Assembly: GCF_004296515.1 (NCBI RefSeq)
Contig: NZ_AP018160.1
Coordinates: 150,001-182,000 of the forward strand
Reading direction: 5' to 3'
DNA length: 32,000 nt
Source of the DNA: Candidatus Saccharimonadota bacterium
GTDB taxonomy: Bacteria; Pseudomonadota; Gammaproteobacteria; Enterobacterales; Enterobacteriaceae
The notes beneath the pieces were generated by a model. It was given only the letters and a program-made list of their open reading frames with translations, searched no databases and was not told the origin of the DNA. Both the position numbers and the translations under genes were made by a program. Of the stretch, positions 18,295 to 27,905 are shown one piece after another. The stretch's first letter is position 1; every line of letters begins with the position of its first letter.

Positions 18295-19536
18295 TTGAAA
18301 ATATATTTAGTTGGTGGAGCAATAAGAAATAGATTTCTATTTCTTCCAGTTAAAGAAAAAGATTGGGTTGTTGTAGGATCTTCTTCAGAAGAAATGTTAA
18401 AATTAGGATTTAAAAAAGTTGGTAAATTTTTCCCTGTATTTATACATCCAATATCTAATGAAGAATATGCTTTAGCTAGAACAGAAATAAAAATTGGACA
18501 TGGACATAATGGTTTTGATTGTTTTTCTTTAAATGTTTCTATAGAAGAAGATTTATATAGAAGGGATATTACTATAAATGCTATAGCTGAAGATAAAAAT
18601 GGAAAAATTATAGATCCTTATTTTGGAATAAAAGATATAGAAAATAAATTAATAAAACACATATCAAATAATTTTAAAGATGATCCATTAAGAGTTTTAA
18701 GAGTGGCTAGATTTTATTCGTATTTATATCACTTAAAATTTAAAATATTTGATGAAACATTAAATTTGATGAAATTGATTGTTAAAAGCGGTGAATTATC
18801 TTATTTATCTTCAGAAAGAATATTACAAGAAATAAAAAAATCTATGTTAACTAAAAACCCTGAATTTTTTTTTTATATTTTAAATAAATGTAAAGCATTA
18901 TATTGTATATTACCAGAATTTTTTAATTTATTAGATATAAATTCTGATAAAATAAAAAATTTTTATAAAATATTAAAAGTAATAAAAAAAATTAAATATC
19001 TAAATTTAGATTTTATATTAAGATTTTATTCTTTAATATATATATTAATAATTTATAAAATAAATGAATTAAAACTAAAAAATTTTAAAATAAATTATAG
19101 TAAATTTATTTTAAATAAAAAAAATATAATAATTTCTATATTTAATAGATTTAATTTATCCAAAAAATTAAAAATATTTGCTATAAAAATAATAGATAAT
19201 ATTTTTTTAATAAATAAAATAGAATTATTAAATGAATATAAAATAGTAAAATTATTTCATGATTTAAATATTAATAAAAATATAAAAAATTTATTTTTTT
19301 TAATACAAATAACATTTATATATAAAGATATAAGAATATTTTTTATAGATAAAAACAATAATTTATATAATAAAAATAAATATATGATTAAAATATGGAA
19401 AATAATAAATTCTGTAGATATAAAAAAAATAATAAAAAATATTAATAATTATAAAAATACTAAAGAAATTATAATAAATGAACAAGTAAATACTTTAAAA
19501 AAATGGATTAAAGTTAATAATTTTAAAAGTATATAA
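18295..19536 (+). CDS. cca: CCA-adding tRNA nucleotidyltransferase
   Basis: 413 aa. [28 protein letters not shown] is collinear with E. coli [36 protein letters not shown] and [12 protein letters not shown] motifs are present. TTG start codon. The C-terminal half is low complexity. Confidence 0.9.
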   Translation: [413 protein letters not shown]

Positions 19537-19542
19537 ATATTA

Positions 19543-20547
19543 TTAAATATCTTCTAAAGACCATTTATTATTTACAAAAATATTTAATTTATTATTTTTT
19601 ATAATATTACTTTTTAAATATCCAACATATGCTATCATAGCACCATTATCTGTAAAATATTTTCTATTTGGAAAAAGTACTTTTATTTTTAATTTATTTT
19701 CTAATGATAATAATTTATTTCTTATATTTTTGTTAGAAACTACACCTCCTGATACAGTTAATATTTTAGATTTTGTTTTAATTATTGATAATTCACATTT
19801 TTTTAATAAAATATCTATCACAGAATTTTCAAATTCTAATGCAATATCACATTTTGTTTGATAATTTATATTATTATTTTTTTTTATTAATTTATATATG
19901 TGTGTTTTTAATCCAGAAAAACTAAAATTTAGTTTATATTTATTATTATTAATCATAGGTCTTGGAAATTTATATATATTTCTTCCATATTTTGCTAAAT
20001 TTGATATTTCTTTACCCCCTGGATAATTAATACCTAATATATTAGCAATTTTATCATATACTTCACCAACAGCATCATCTACAGTTTTACCTATAATTTT
20101 ATATTTACCTAATTTATTTGAGTATATTAATTGAGTATTTCCACCAGATATTAATAAACTTACAAATGGAAATTTTATATTATTTGTTTCTATAAATGGA
20201 GATAATATATGTCCTTCCAAATGATTTATAGGAATAGAATCTATATTCCAAGAGTATGCTAAAGTAGATCCTATAGTTGCTCCTATTATTAGTGAACTAA
20301 ATAATCCAGGTCCTGCTGTATATGCAATTTTATCTATATTTTTATAGAAGTTTTTTTTATATATATTATTAATTATTTTTATAATATTTATTATATGATT
20401 TTTTGATGCTAACTCAGGTATTACTCCACCATATTTTGAATGTATTTTTTTACTACTATATGTTTTGTTAAAAATAACTCCGTTATTACTATCATATATT
20501 GATACTCCTGTTTCATCACAAGATGTTTCTATTCCTAATATTTTCAT
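19543..20547 (-). CDS. tsaD: tRNA N6-adenosine threonylcarbamoyltransferase TsaD
   Basis: 334 aa. MKILGIETSCDETGVSIY, metal site NHLEGH, and C-terminal ..DNGAMIA. Divergent from rpsU-dnaG-rpoD as in E. coli. Confidence 0.94.
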   Translation of the reverse strand: MKILGIETSCDETGVSIYDSNNGVIFNKTYSSKKIHSKYGGVIPELASKNHIINIIKIINNIYKKNFYKNIDKIAYTAGPGLFSSLIIGATIGSTLAYSWNIDSIPINHLEGHILSPFIETNNIKFPFVSLLISGGNTQLIYSNKLGKYKIIGKTVDDAVGEVYDKIANILGINYPGGKEISNLAKYGRNIYKFPRPMINNNKYKLNFSFSGLKTHIYKLIKKNNNINYQTKCDIALEFENSVIDILLKKCELSIIKTKSKILTVSGGVVSNKNIRNKLLSLENKLKIKVLFPNRKYFTDNGAMIAYVGYLKSNIIKNNKLNIFVNNKWSLEDI

Positions 20548-20635
20548 TTAATTATTTTAAATTTTTATGTTATTATTTATATTATATAAAATTTAATACT
20601 TTTATCATTTATATAATTAGTTATATTAATATTAT

Positions 20636-20806
20636 ATGCCATTCATAAAAATAAGTAACAATGAACCATTTGAATTAGCTTTGAGAAGATTCAAAAGATT
20701 ATGTGAAAAATCTGGAATTTTATCTGAAATAAAAAAAAGAGAATTTTATGAAAAACCTAGTACAAAAAGAAAAAAAATAAAAGATTCTTTAAAAAAAAAA
20801 AAATAA
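20636..20806 (+). CDS. rpsU: 30S ribosomal protein S21 (short form)
   Basis: Not in the supplied ORF track. Hand translation: [56 protein letters not shown]. It is collinear with E. coli S21 ([41 protein letters not shown]..). It sits at the expected position upstream of dnaG. Confidence 0.88.
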   Translation: MPFIKISNNEPFELALRRFKRLCEKSGILSEIKKREFYEKPSTKRKKIKDSLKKKK

Positions 20807-20824
20807 TATAAAATTTAATATTTA

Positions 20825-22543
20825 ATGATTTTTTATTATAAAAAAATATCTAAATTTTTAATAAAAGAAATATTAGATAAAACCAATTTATTAAATTTAA
20901 TAAAATCTAAAATTTCTGTAAAAAAAGTTGGTAATTCATTTTTTTCTTTATGTCCATTCCATAAAGAAAGAAAACCATCGTTTTCTATAAATAAAATAGA
21001 TAAATTTTATTACTGTTTTGGATGTGGAATAAGTGGAAATTCTATAAAATTTTTAATGGATTTTAATAAATTAAGCTTTATAGAATCTATAAAAGAATTA
21101 TCATTAATTAATAATATAAATATAGATTTAAAAGAAAAAAATATAAATAATAAAAATATTAAATATATAAAATTATTAGAAGAAATTTCACATATTTATT
21201 ATGAAAATTTAAGGAAAAAATTTAATGAAAAATTAAAAACTTTTTTTATTATTAAAAAATGGAGTTTTTCAATAATAAAAAAATTTAATATAGGATATTC
21301 TTCTAATAATATAATATCAAATTTATTTATTAATAATAAAGAAAAATTATTACTATTAGAAAAATTAAGTATTATAAAAAAAATAAATAATAAATATATA
21401 GACATTTTAAATAATAGAATAATATTTCCAATTTCTAATAATTATGGAGATATAATTTCTTTTGGTGGTAGAACATTAATAAATGATAAATATAAATATA
21501 TAAATTGTTCTAATAATTTTTTATTTAAAAAAAGATATACTTTATATGGATTAGATAAAATTTTAAATAAAAATAATTTTGTAGAAAAATTATTAATTGT
21601 TGAAGGATATTCAGATGTTATTTCTTTAACAAATTTTGGAATAAATTTTTCTATAGCTTCTTTAGGGACTTCATTAACATATGAACATATAAAAATAATA
21701 TTTAAAATTACTAATAATATAATTTTTTGCTATGATTCTGATATACCAGGTATAAAATCGTACTATAGAATATTAATTAAAATAATAAATTTTATAACAG
21801 ATGAAAAAGTAGTTAAGTTTATTAAATTACCTAATAATGAAGATCCTGATTCATTTATAAGAAAATTTGGTGTTAATGAATTTAATAAATTTATTAATAA
21901 TTCTAAAAATTTTTACGATTTATTATTTGAATTTATAAAGAAAGATATATATATTTCTGATATAAATGGAAAAATAAAATTTATAAAAAAAATTTTATTT
22001 TACACAAATAGAATACCTGGAAATTTAACAAAAAAATTAATAAAAAAAGAATTAATATCAAAATTATTATTAACTAATAGATTAAATTTATTAAAAGTAA
22101 TAAATTATAATTTTAATTATAAAAAACATAAATTAACAATATTACAAAAAATTATAAGTTTATTATTACAAAATATAAAATTATATAGATTATTTTATAT
22201 TCCATATAATATAAAATGTATGTATTTTAATTTTAAATTATTAATTAATATAGTTGATTTATGTAAAAAAAATAATAATATAAATTTTAATAAAATAATA
22301 TATTTACATAAATATAATTATTTATATTCATATTTATATTTTTTATATAAAATTGATGATAATATTATAAATTATAAAATTTTAGATGAAATTTTTTTAG
22401 AAATATTAAATAAATTTTATATTTTATTTTTAAAAAAAATACAAAAATATTTAATTTATAAAAGTAAAAAAAATGATTTAAACAAATATGAAAAAAAAAA
22501 GATATGGTTATTAAATATAGAATTATCTAAATTATCACTTTAA
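20825..22543 (+). CDS. dnaG: DNA primase
   Basis: 572 aa. Zinc-binding CPFHKERKPSF..YYCFGCG, RNA polymerase core, and Toprim EGYSDV / YDSDIPG. The C-terminal third is highly diverged. Confidence 0.93.
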   Translation: MIFYYKKISKFLIKEILDKTNLLNLIKSKISVKKVGNSFFSLCPFHKERKPSFSINKIDKFYYCFGCGISGNSIKFLMDFNKLSFIESIKELSLINNINIDLKEKNINNKNIKYIKLLEEISHIYYENLRKKFNEKLKTFFIIKKWSFSIIKKFNIGYSSNNIISNLFINNKEKLLLLEKLSIIKKINNKYIDILNNRIIFPISNNYGDIISFGGRTLINDKYKYINCSNNFLFKKRYTLYGLDKILNKNNFVEKLLIVEGYSDVISLTNFGINFSIASLGTSLTYEHIKIIFKITNNIIFCYDSDIPGIKSYYRILIKIINFITDEKVVKFIKLPNNEDPDSFIRKFGVNEFNKFINNSKNFYDLLFEFIKKDIYISDINGKIKFIKKILFYTNRIPGNLTKKLIKKELISKLLLTNRLNLLKVINYNFNYKKHKLTILQKIISLLLQNIKLYRLFYIPYNIKCMYFNFKLLINIVDLCKKNNNINFNKIIYLHKYNYLYSYLYFLYKIDDNIINYKILDEIFLEILNKFYILFLKKIQKYLIYKSKKNDLNKYEKKKIWLLNIELSKLSL

Positions 22544-22568
22544 ATTAATACTTATATCAAAATAAATT

Positions 22569-24278
22569 ATGAATATTAACAATAATTGTAAATTAAAGTT
22601 ATTAATAAATAAATTAAAAAATAAAAGTAATATAAAATTATCTTATATATATAAACATATTGATAATGTTAGTAATGAAATTATAAAAGAAATAGAAAAT
22701 ATGAATATTAATATTATTAATGATGTTGATATAAATAATAATATTAATTATAAATTAAAATCAGATATAAATAATTCAAATACTAATAATATTATTAATA
22801 CAGAAGATCCTGTTAAGATATATATGAAAGAAATGGGATTAGTTAATTTATTAGATAAAAACGATGAAATAAATATATCAAAAAAAATAGAAAATAGTTA
22901 TAACAAAATATATAGTAATATAACTGAATACACTAATATATTTATATATATATTTAATAGATATGAAAATGTAAAATCTAAAAAAATAAAATTATCTGAA
23001 TTTTTATCAGGATTAAATTATATAGATAATAAAAAAGAATTTTTTATTAAAAATATAAAATATGAAAATGATGATATAGATTTTAAATTAGTAAATAAAA
23101 AAATTATTAATTTAAAAAATCAATTTAATATAGTAAATAATTTAATAAAAGAAAATGGTAGATATGATAATAAATCTATAATAGAAATAAATAATTTATT
23201 CAATATTTTTAAACAAATAAAATTATCAAAAAATGAACTAAATAATATTGTAAATATAATAAGTGATATAAATAATGATATATTAGAAAAAGAACAATAT
23301 ATAAAATATTTATTAATAAATAAATGCAATATATCTAATAATATATTTGAATATTTATATAAAAATAAAAAAATTGATTTTATTTGGTTAGAAAAAGAAA
23401 TTAATTCTAATAATAAATGGTCTAAAAAATTAAAAAAATTTAATAATGAAATATTTAAAACAATTTGTTATTTAAAAAATTTAGAAAAAAATGTAGGATT
23501 AAATATAGATCATATAAAAAATATAAATAAAAACATAATTATAAATTTATATAAACTTAAAAATTTAAAAAATAAAATGGTAAAAGCTAATTTAAGATTA
23601 GTTATATCAATATCAAAAAAATATTTAAATAGAGGATTACAATTCTTAGATTTAATTCAAGAAGGTAATATAGGTTTAATGAAAGCTGTAGATAAATTTC
23701 AATATAAAAGAGGATATAAATTTTCAACTTATGCAACTTGGTGGATAAGACAATCCATAACTAGATCTATAGCTGATAATGCAAGAACAATAAGAATTCC
23801 AGTCCATATGATAGAGACTATAAATAAACTAAATAGAATATCAAGAAAGATAATACAAGAATTTGGTAGAGAACCTACTTATGAAGAATTATCTAATAAA
23901 ATGTTAATATCAGAAGATAAAATAAGAAAAATAATGAAAATAGCAAAAGAACCTATATCTATGGAAACTCCTATAGGAGAAGAAGATACTAATATAGGAG
24001 ATTTTATAGAAGATACATCATTAACTTTGCCAATAGAAGAAGCTACATCAGAAAGTTTAAAATTAGTTACAAATAATATATTATCTACTTTAACTGCAAG
24101 AGAAGAAAAGGTTTTAAGAATGAGATTTGGTATAGATATGAAATCTGATCATACTTTAGAAGAAGTAGGTAAAAAATTTAATGTTACTAGAGAAAGAATA
24201 AGACAAATTGAAGCTAAAGCATTAAAAAAATTAAGACATCCAAGTAGATCAGATATATTAAAAGAATTTTTAGATTAA
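22569..24278 (+). CDS. rpoD: RNA polymerase sigma factor RpoD (sigma70)
   Basis: 569 aa. Regions 2-4 are nearly identical to E. coli ([79 protein letters not shown]). Confidence 0.96.
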   Translation: MNINNNCKLKLLINKLKNKSNIKLSYIYKHIDNVSNEIIKEIENMNINIINDVDINNNINYKLKSDINNSNTNNIINTEDPVKIYMKEMGLVNLLDKNDEINISKKIENSYNKIYSNITEYTNIFIYIFNRYENVKSKKIKLSEFLSGLNYIDNKKEFFIKNIKYENDDIDFKLVNKKIINLKNQFNIVNNLIKENGRYDNKSIIEINNLFNIFKQIKLSKNELNNIVNIISDINNDILEKEQYIKYLLINKCNISNNIFEYLYKNKKIDFIWLEKEINSNNKWSKKLKKFNNEIFKTICYLKNLEKNVGLNIDHIKNINKNIIINLYKLKNLKNKMVKANLRLVISISKKYLNRGLQFLDLIQEGNIGLMKAVDKFQYKRGYKFSTYATWWIRQSITRSIADNARTIRIPVHMIETINKLNRISRKIIQEFGREPTYEELSNKMLISEDKIRKIMKIAKEPISMETPIGEEDTNIGDFIEDTSLTLPIEEATSESLKLVTNNILSTLTAREEKVLRMRFGIDMKSDHTLEEVGKKFNVTRERIRQIEAKALKKLRHPSRSDILKEFLD

Positions 24279-24284
24279 AATTTT

Positions 24285-24357
24285 TGGCTTCTGTTGGATT
24301 TGAACCAACGACCTAACGATTATGAGTCGTTTGCTCTAACCTCTGAGCTAAGAAGCC
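24285..24357 (-). tRNA. ileX: tRNA with CAT anticodon; most likely tRNA-Ile2 (lysidine-modified), ileX-like
   Basis: The reverse complement folds as a 73-nt cloverleaf with acceptor GGCTTCT/AGAAGCC and anticodon loop CTCATAA. The D-arm, anticodon-stem and T-arm sequences resemble E. coli ileX more than elongator or initiator tRNA-Met (from memory). Same position downstream of rpoD as ileX. No CCA is encoded. Confidence 0.7.
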
Positions 24358-24400
24358 TAAAATAAAATTAATTTATAAATATAATATACAAAAGAAATAT

Positions 24401-27016
24401 TTAAGTCAAAAATATTATTTTAATGTCATTTATTAAATTATCTTTATATATAATATTATTATAATTATAATTATAATAATTTATATATAATTCGTATATA
24501 TTTACAAATTTAGATATTATATATATATCATTTTCATTTAATTCAATTTTAATATTATTAATAATTATTTTAAAATTATTATTTGTTATTTTACTTTTTA
24601 TATTTCTTATTTTTTTAATTATTTCTTTTATTATATTTATTTTATATGTATATTTTAAATTTATATAGTTATTATTAAATTTTGGAAAATCTTGTTGTAT
24701 TAATAATTTATTAATATTTAATTTTTGTGATATTTCTTCTGTTATAAATGGAATTATTGGATGAGATATTTTAATTATATTTATTAATATATATTTTAAA
24801 AAATATTTTATTTCTTCTATTTCTTGTTTTTTCTCTATCAAAATTTTAGAAAATTCTATATACCAATTACAAAATTCATTTTTAATAAATTTATATATTA
24901 ATTCACCATATACATCTAATCTATAATTATTTATTTCTATATTTATATTTTTTATTAAAATATTTAATTTAACTAAAATCCATTTATTAATATCTAATTT
25001 TATATTAGATAATTCTATTTTATTATAATTTGTATAATTTGTATTTTTTATTACAAATAAACTTACATTCCATAATTTATTACAAAATTTATTATAACTA
25101 TCAATTAAATTTATATTTAATTTAATATTTTTATTATTAGAATAAGATAATTTTATTAACCCATATCTTAATGAATCAGCACCATATGATTTTATTCCAT
25201 TTGGAAATTCTTTTGTAGTTGATTTTATTATTAATTCTTTCTTATTTTTATTTAATAAATTACTAGTTCTTTTTATTATTAATTTCTCTAATGATATTCC
25301 ATTTATTATATCTATTGGATCTATAATATTTCCATTAGATTTAGACATTTTATACCCATTTTCATCATTAATTAATCCAGTTATGTATATTTTATTAAAA
25401 GGAACTATATTTTTTATATTTTTATTATCTTTCATAAAATATATTGACATCATTATTATTCTAGATATCCAAAAAAATATAATATCAAATCCACTAATTA
25501 TTATACTAGTTGGATAAAATTTTTTAATTTTTTTATATGATTTAGGCCATCCTAAAGAAGAAAAAATAAATAAACTAGATGAAAACCAAGTATCTAATAC
25601 ATCGTTATCTTTCTTTAAAATTAATGATTTAGATAAATTAAATTTTTTTCTTATATATATTTCATTAAATCCTACATATATATTATTATTATTATCATAC
25701 CATGCTGGAATATTGTGTCCCCACCATATTTGTCTTGATATACACCAATCTTCTATATTTTTCATCCAATTAAAATATGTATTTTCATATTTTTTGGGTA
25801 TAAATTCTATATCCTTATTTTTTATAACATTTATTGCATCTAATGATATTTCTTTTGTTTTTAAAAACCATTGATTAGTTATCAAATTTTCTACAATAGA
25901 ATTACTTTTATTACTATATGGAATAATTATTTTTTCATTATTAATAGAATCAATTAAATTTAATTTTAATAATTCTTTTACTATTATTTCTCTAGATTCT
26001 AAAATAGTTTTATTTTGTAATAATGTTGGAACCTTTTCTAAATTATATTTTAGTTTATTATTTATATCTATTAATTCTAAAAATTCATTTATTTTCCCAT
26101 TTTTATTAAAAATATTTATAATTGGAAGAGAATTTTTTATTCCTATTTTATAATCATTTATATTATGTCCTGGTGTTATTTTAACACATCCTGTTCCTTT
26201 ATTTATATCTATACTACTATCGAATATAATAGGTATTATTCTATTTATTATTGGAATTAATACCTTTTTACCTATTAAATTTGTATATCTATTATCATTA
26301 GGATTTATTGCTATTGCTGAATCTCCTAATATTGTTTCTGGTCTAGTTGTAGAAACAATTATAAATTTATTATTTTTTATATTATTAAATGATACATCAT
26401 TTAATAATGGAAATTTTATATTCCATACTTTATTTAAAGATTCTTTATATGAAATTTCTAGATCTGAAATAGCACTACCAATTTTTGTATCCCAATTAAC
26501 TATTTTAGTATCTTTATATATTAAATTATTATTATATAATTTAATAAAAGCATAATTAACTGAATAATTAAATTTTTTATCTAAAGTAAATCTACTATTA
26601 GAAAAATCAATAAAATTTCCTATTTTTTTTGTTTGAAATTTTATTTTTTTTTTTACTTTTTCTTTTAAAATCCAAGCTTCTTTGTTTAAAAATTTTATAT
26701 TTTTATTTTTATTCAAATTATTATATATATTTGTTTTTTTTTCTATTATTATCTGTGTTGCTATACCTGCATGATCTAATCCAGATTGCCATAAAACATT
26801 TTTTTTTATCATTTTATTATATTTAACTAAAAAATCCATAATTACATGTTGAAAAGCATGTCCTATATGAAGATTTCCAGTTATATTTAAAGGGGGAAGT
26901 ATTATTGAATAATAATTATTATTATTTAAATTTTTATTAAATATAATATTTTTATTTTTATTCCATAATTTAGATATTTTATTTTCAATAAATTTTGGAT
27001 TATATATTTTTTTCAT
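24401..27016 (-). CDS. valS: valine--tRNA ligase
   Basis: 871 aa. PPLNITGNLHIGHAF (HIGH), KMSKSNGN, editing domain (TTRPETILGDSAIA). Shorter than the E. coli enzyme at the C-terminus. Confidence 0.95.
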   Translation of the reverse strand: MKKIYNPKFIENKISKLWNKNKNIIFNKNLNNNNYYSIILPPLNITGNLHIGHAFQHVIMDFLVKYNKMIKKNVLWQSGLDHAGIATQIIIEKKTNIYNNLNKNKNIKFLNKEAWILKEKVKKKIKFQTKKIGNFIDFSNSRFTLDKKFNYSVNYAFIKLYNNNLIYKDTKIVNWDTKIGSAISDLEISYKESLNKVWNIKFPLLNDVSFNNIKNNKFIIVSTTRPETILGDSAIAINPNDNRYTNLIGKKVLIPIINRIIPIIFDSSIDINKGTGCVKITPGHNINDYKIGIKNSLPIINIFNKNGKINEFLELIDINNKLKYNLEKVPTLLQNKTILESREIIVKELLKLNLIDSINNEKIIIPYSNKSNSIVENLITNQWFLKTKEISLDAINVIKNKDIEFIPKKYENTYFNWMKNIEDWCISRQIWWGHNIPAWYDNNNNIYVGFNEIYIRKKFNLSKSLILKKDNDVLDTWFSSSLFIFSSLGWPKSYKKIKKFYPTSIIISGFDIIFFWISRIIMMSIYFMKDNKNIKNIVPFNKIYITGLINDENGYKMSKSNGNIIDPIDIINGISLEKLIIKRTSNLLNKNKKELIIKSTTKEFPNGIKSYGADSLRYGLIKLSYSNNKNIKLNINLIDSYNKFCNKLWNVSLFVIKNTNYTNYNKIELSNIKLDINKWILVKLNILIKNINIEINNYRLDVYGELIYKFIKNEFCNWYIEFSKILIEKKQEIEEIKYFLKYILINIIKISHPIIPFITEEISQKLNINKLLIQQDFPKFNNNYINLKYTYKINIIKEIIKKIRNIKSKITNNNFKIIINNIKIELNENDIYIISKFVNIYELYINYYNYNYNNIIYKDNLINDIKIIFLT

Positions 27017-27087
27017 TTTTTTATTTTTTATAAAATAATAATTTATATATTATCATAATTTATATTATATAGTATAATAATATAAAT

Positions 27088-27171
27088 ACCGAAGTGGTGG
27101 AATAGGCATACACAATTGACTCAAAATCAATTATCTTAAATGATATGTCGGTTCAAATCCGACCTTCGGTA
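27088..27171 (+). tRNA. tRNA-Leu (CAA), type II with long variable arm
   Basis: Acceptor ACCGAAG/CTTCGGT, anticodon loop CTCAAAA, long variable arm (TATCTTAAATGATAT), T-arm GTCGG-TTCAAAT-CCGAC. Collinear with E. coli leuX. No CCA (followed by TCA). Confidence 0.85.
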
Positions 27172-27178
27172 TCAATTA

Positions 27179-27829
27179 ATGAATAATATAAAATTACCTA
27201 ACTTAAATTTTAATTTTAATTATTTTGAACCATATATAGATACAGATACTATGAAATTACATTATTTTAGTTATCATAAATCATATGTTGATAATTTAAA
27301 TAATATTTTAAAAGAAAAACATTATTTAAATAATTTTAATTTAATTAATTTAATTGAAAATTTAAGTAAATTTCCTAGATCAATAAGAAATATATTAAGA
27401 TATAATATAGGAGGATATATAAATCATAATTTTTTTTGGGAAAGTTTAGGATACAATAATAATATTCATAATTCTCTTATTAATTGCATAAATAAATCTT
27501 TTGGAAATATAAATAAATTAAAAAATGAATTTGAATATAATGCTATATCTTCCTTTGGTGTAGGATGGTTATGGTTAATATTAAATGATAATAATATATC
27601 TATATTATTTACTAAAAATAATGATAATCCTATAATGGGTTTTAATTTTTGTAAAACATTTGGATATCCAATATTAGTATTAGATTTATGGGAACATTCT
27701 TATTTAAATAAATATAAAAATAATATATTAAATTACGTTAAATCATTCTGGAAAATAATAAATTGGAATTTTATTAGTTATAGATATTTAAATATAAAAT
27801 TTAAATTAAATAAGAGTAATATGATATAA
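27179..27829 (+). CDS. sodA: Fe/Mn-family superoxide dismutase (SodA-like)
   Basis: The start is trimmed to the ATG at 27179 (MNNIKLPNL..) because the first 13 codons of the track ORF overlap tRNA-Leu. Conserved LP.L.Y....EP.ID..TM..H N-terminus, GGYINHNFFW, and D-x3-H metal ligands (DLWEHSY). Confidence 0.88.
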   Translation: MNNIKLPNLNFNFNYFEPYIDTDTMKLHYFSYHKSYVDNLNNILKEKHYLNNFNLINLIENLSKFPRSIRNILRYNIGGYINHNFFWESLGYNNNIHNSLINCINKSFGNINKLKNEFEYNAISSFGVGWLWLILNDNNISILFTKNNDNPIMGFNFCKTFGYPILVLDLWEHSYLNKYKNNILNYVKSFWKIINWNFISYRYLNIKFKLNKSNMI

Positions 27830-27905
27830 ATTATTTATATATTTTTTAATTTTATAATATATATATATTATAATATAATAATAAGAAATTTATAAAATAA
27901 TTAAT

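Noticed and set aside
27140-27178. N-terminal 13 codons of the 229-aa SOD ORF (MICRFKSDLRYQL)
   Set aside because: This segment overlaps the T-arm and acceptor stem of tRNA-Leu(CAA). The conserved SOD N-terminus begins at the next ATG (27179).
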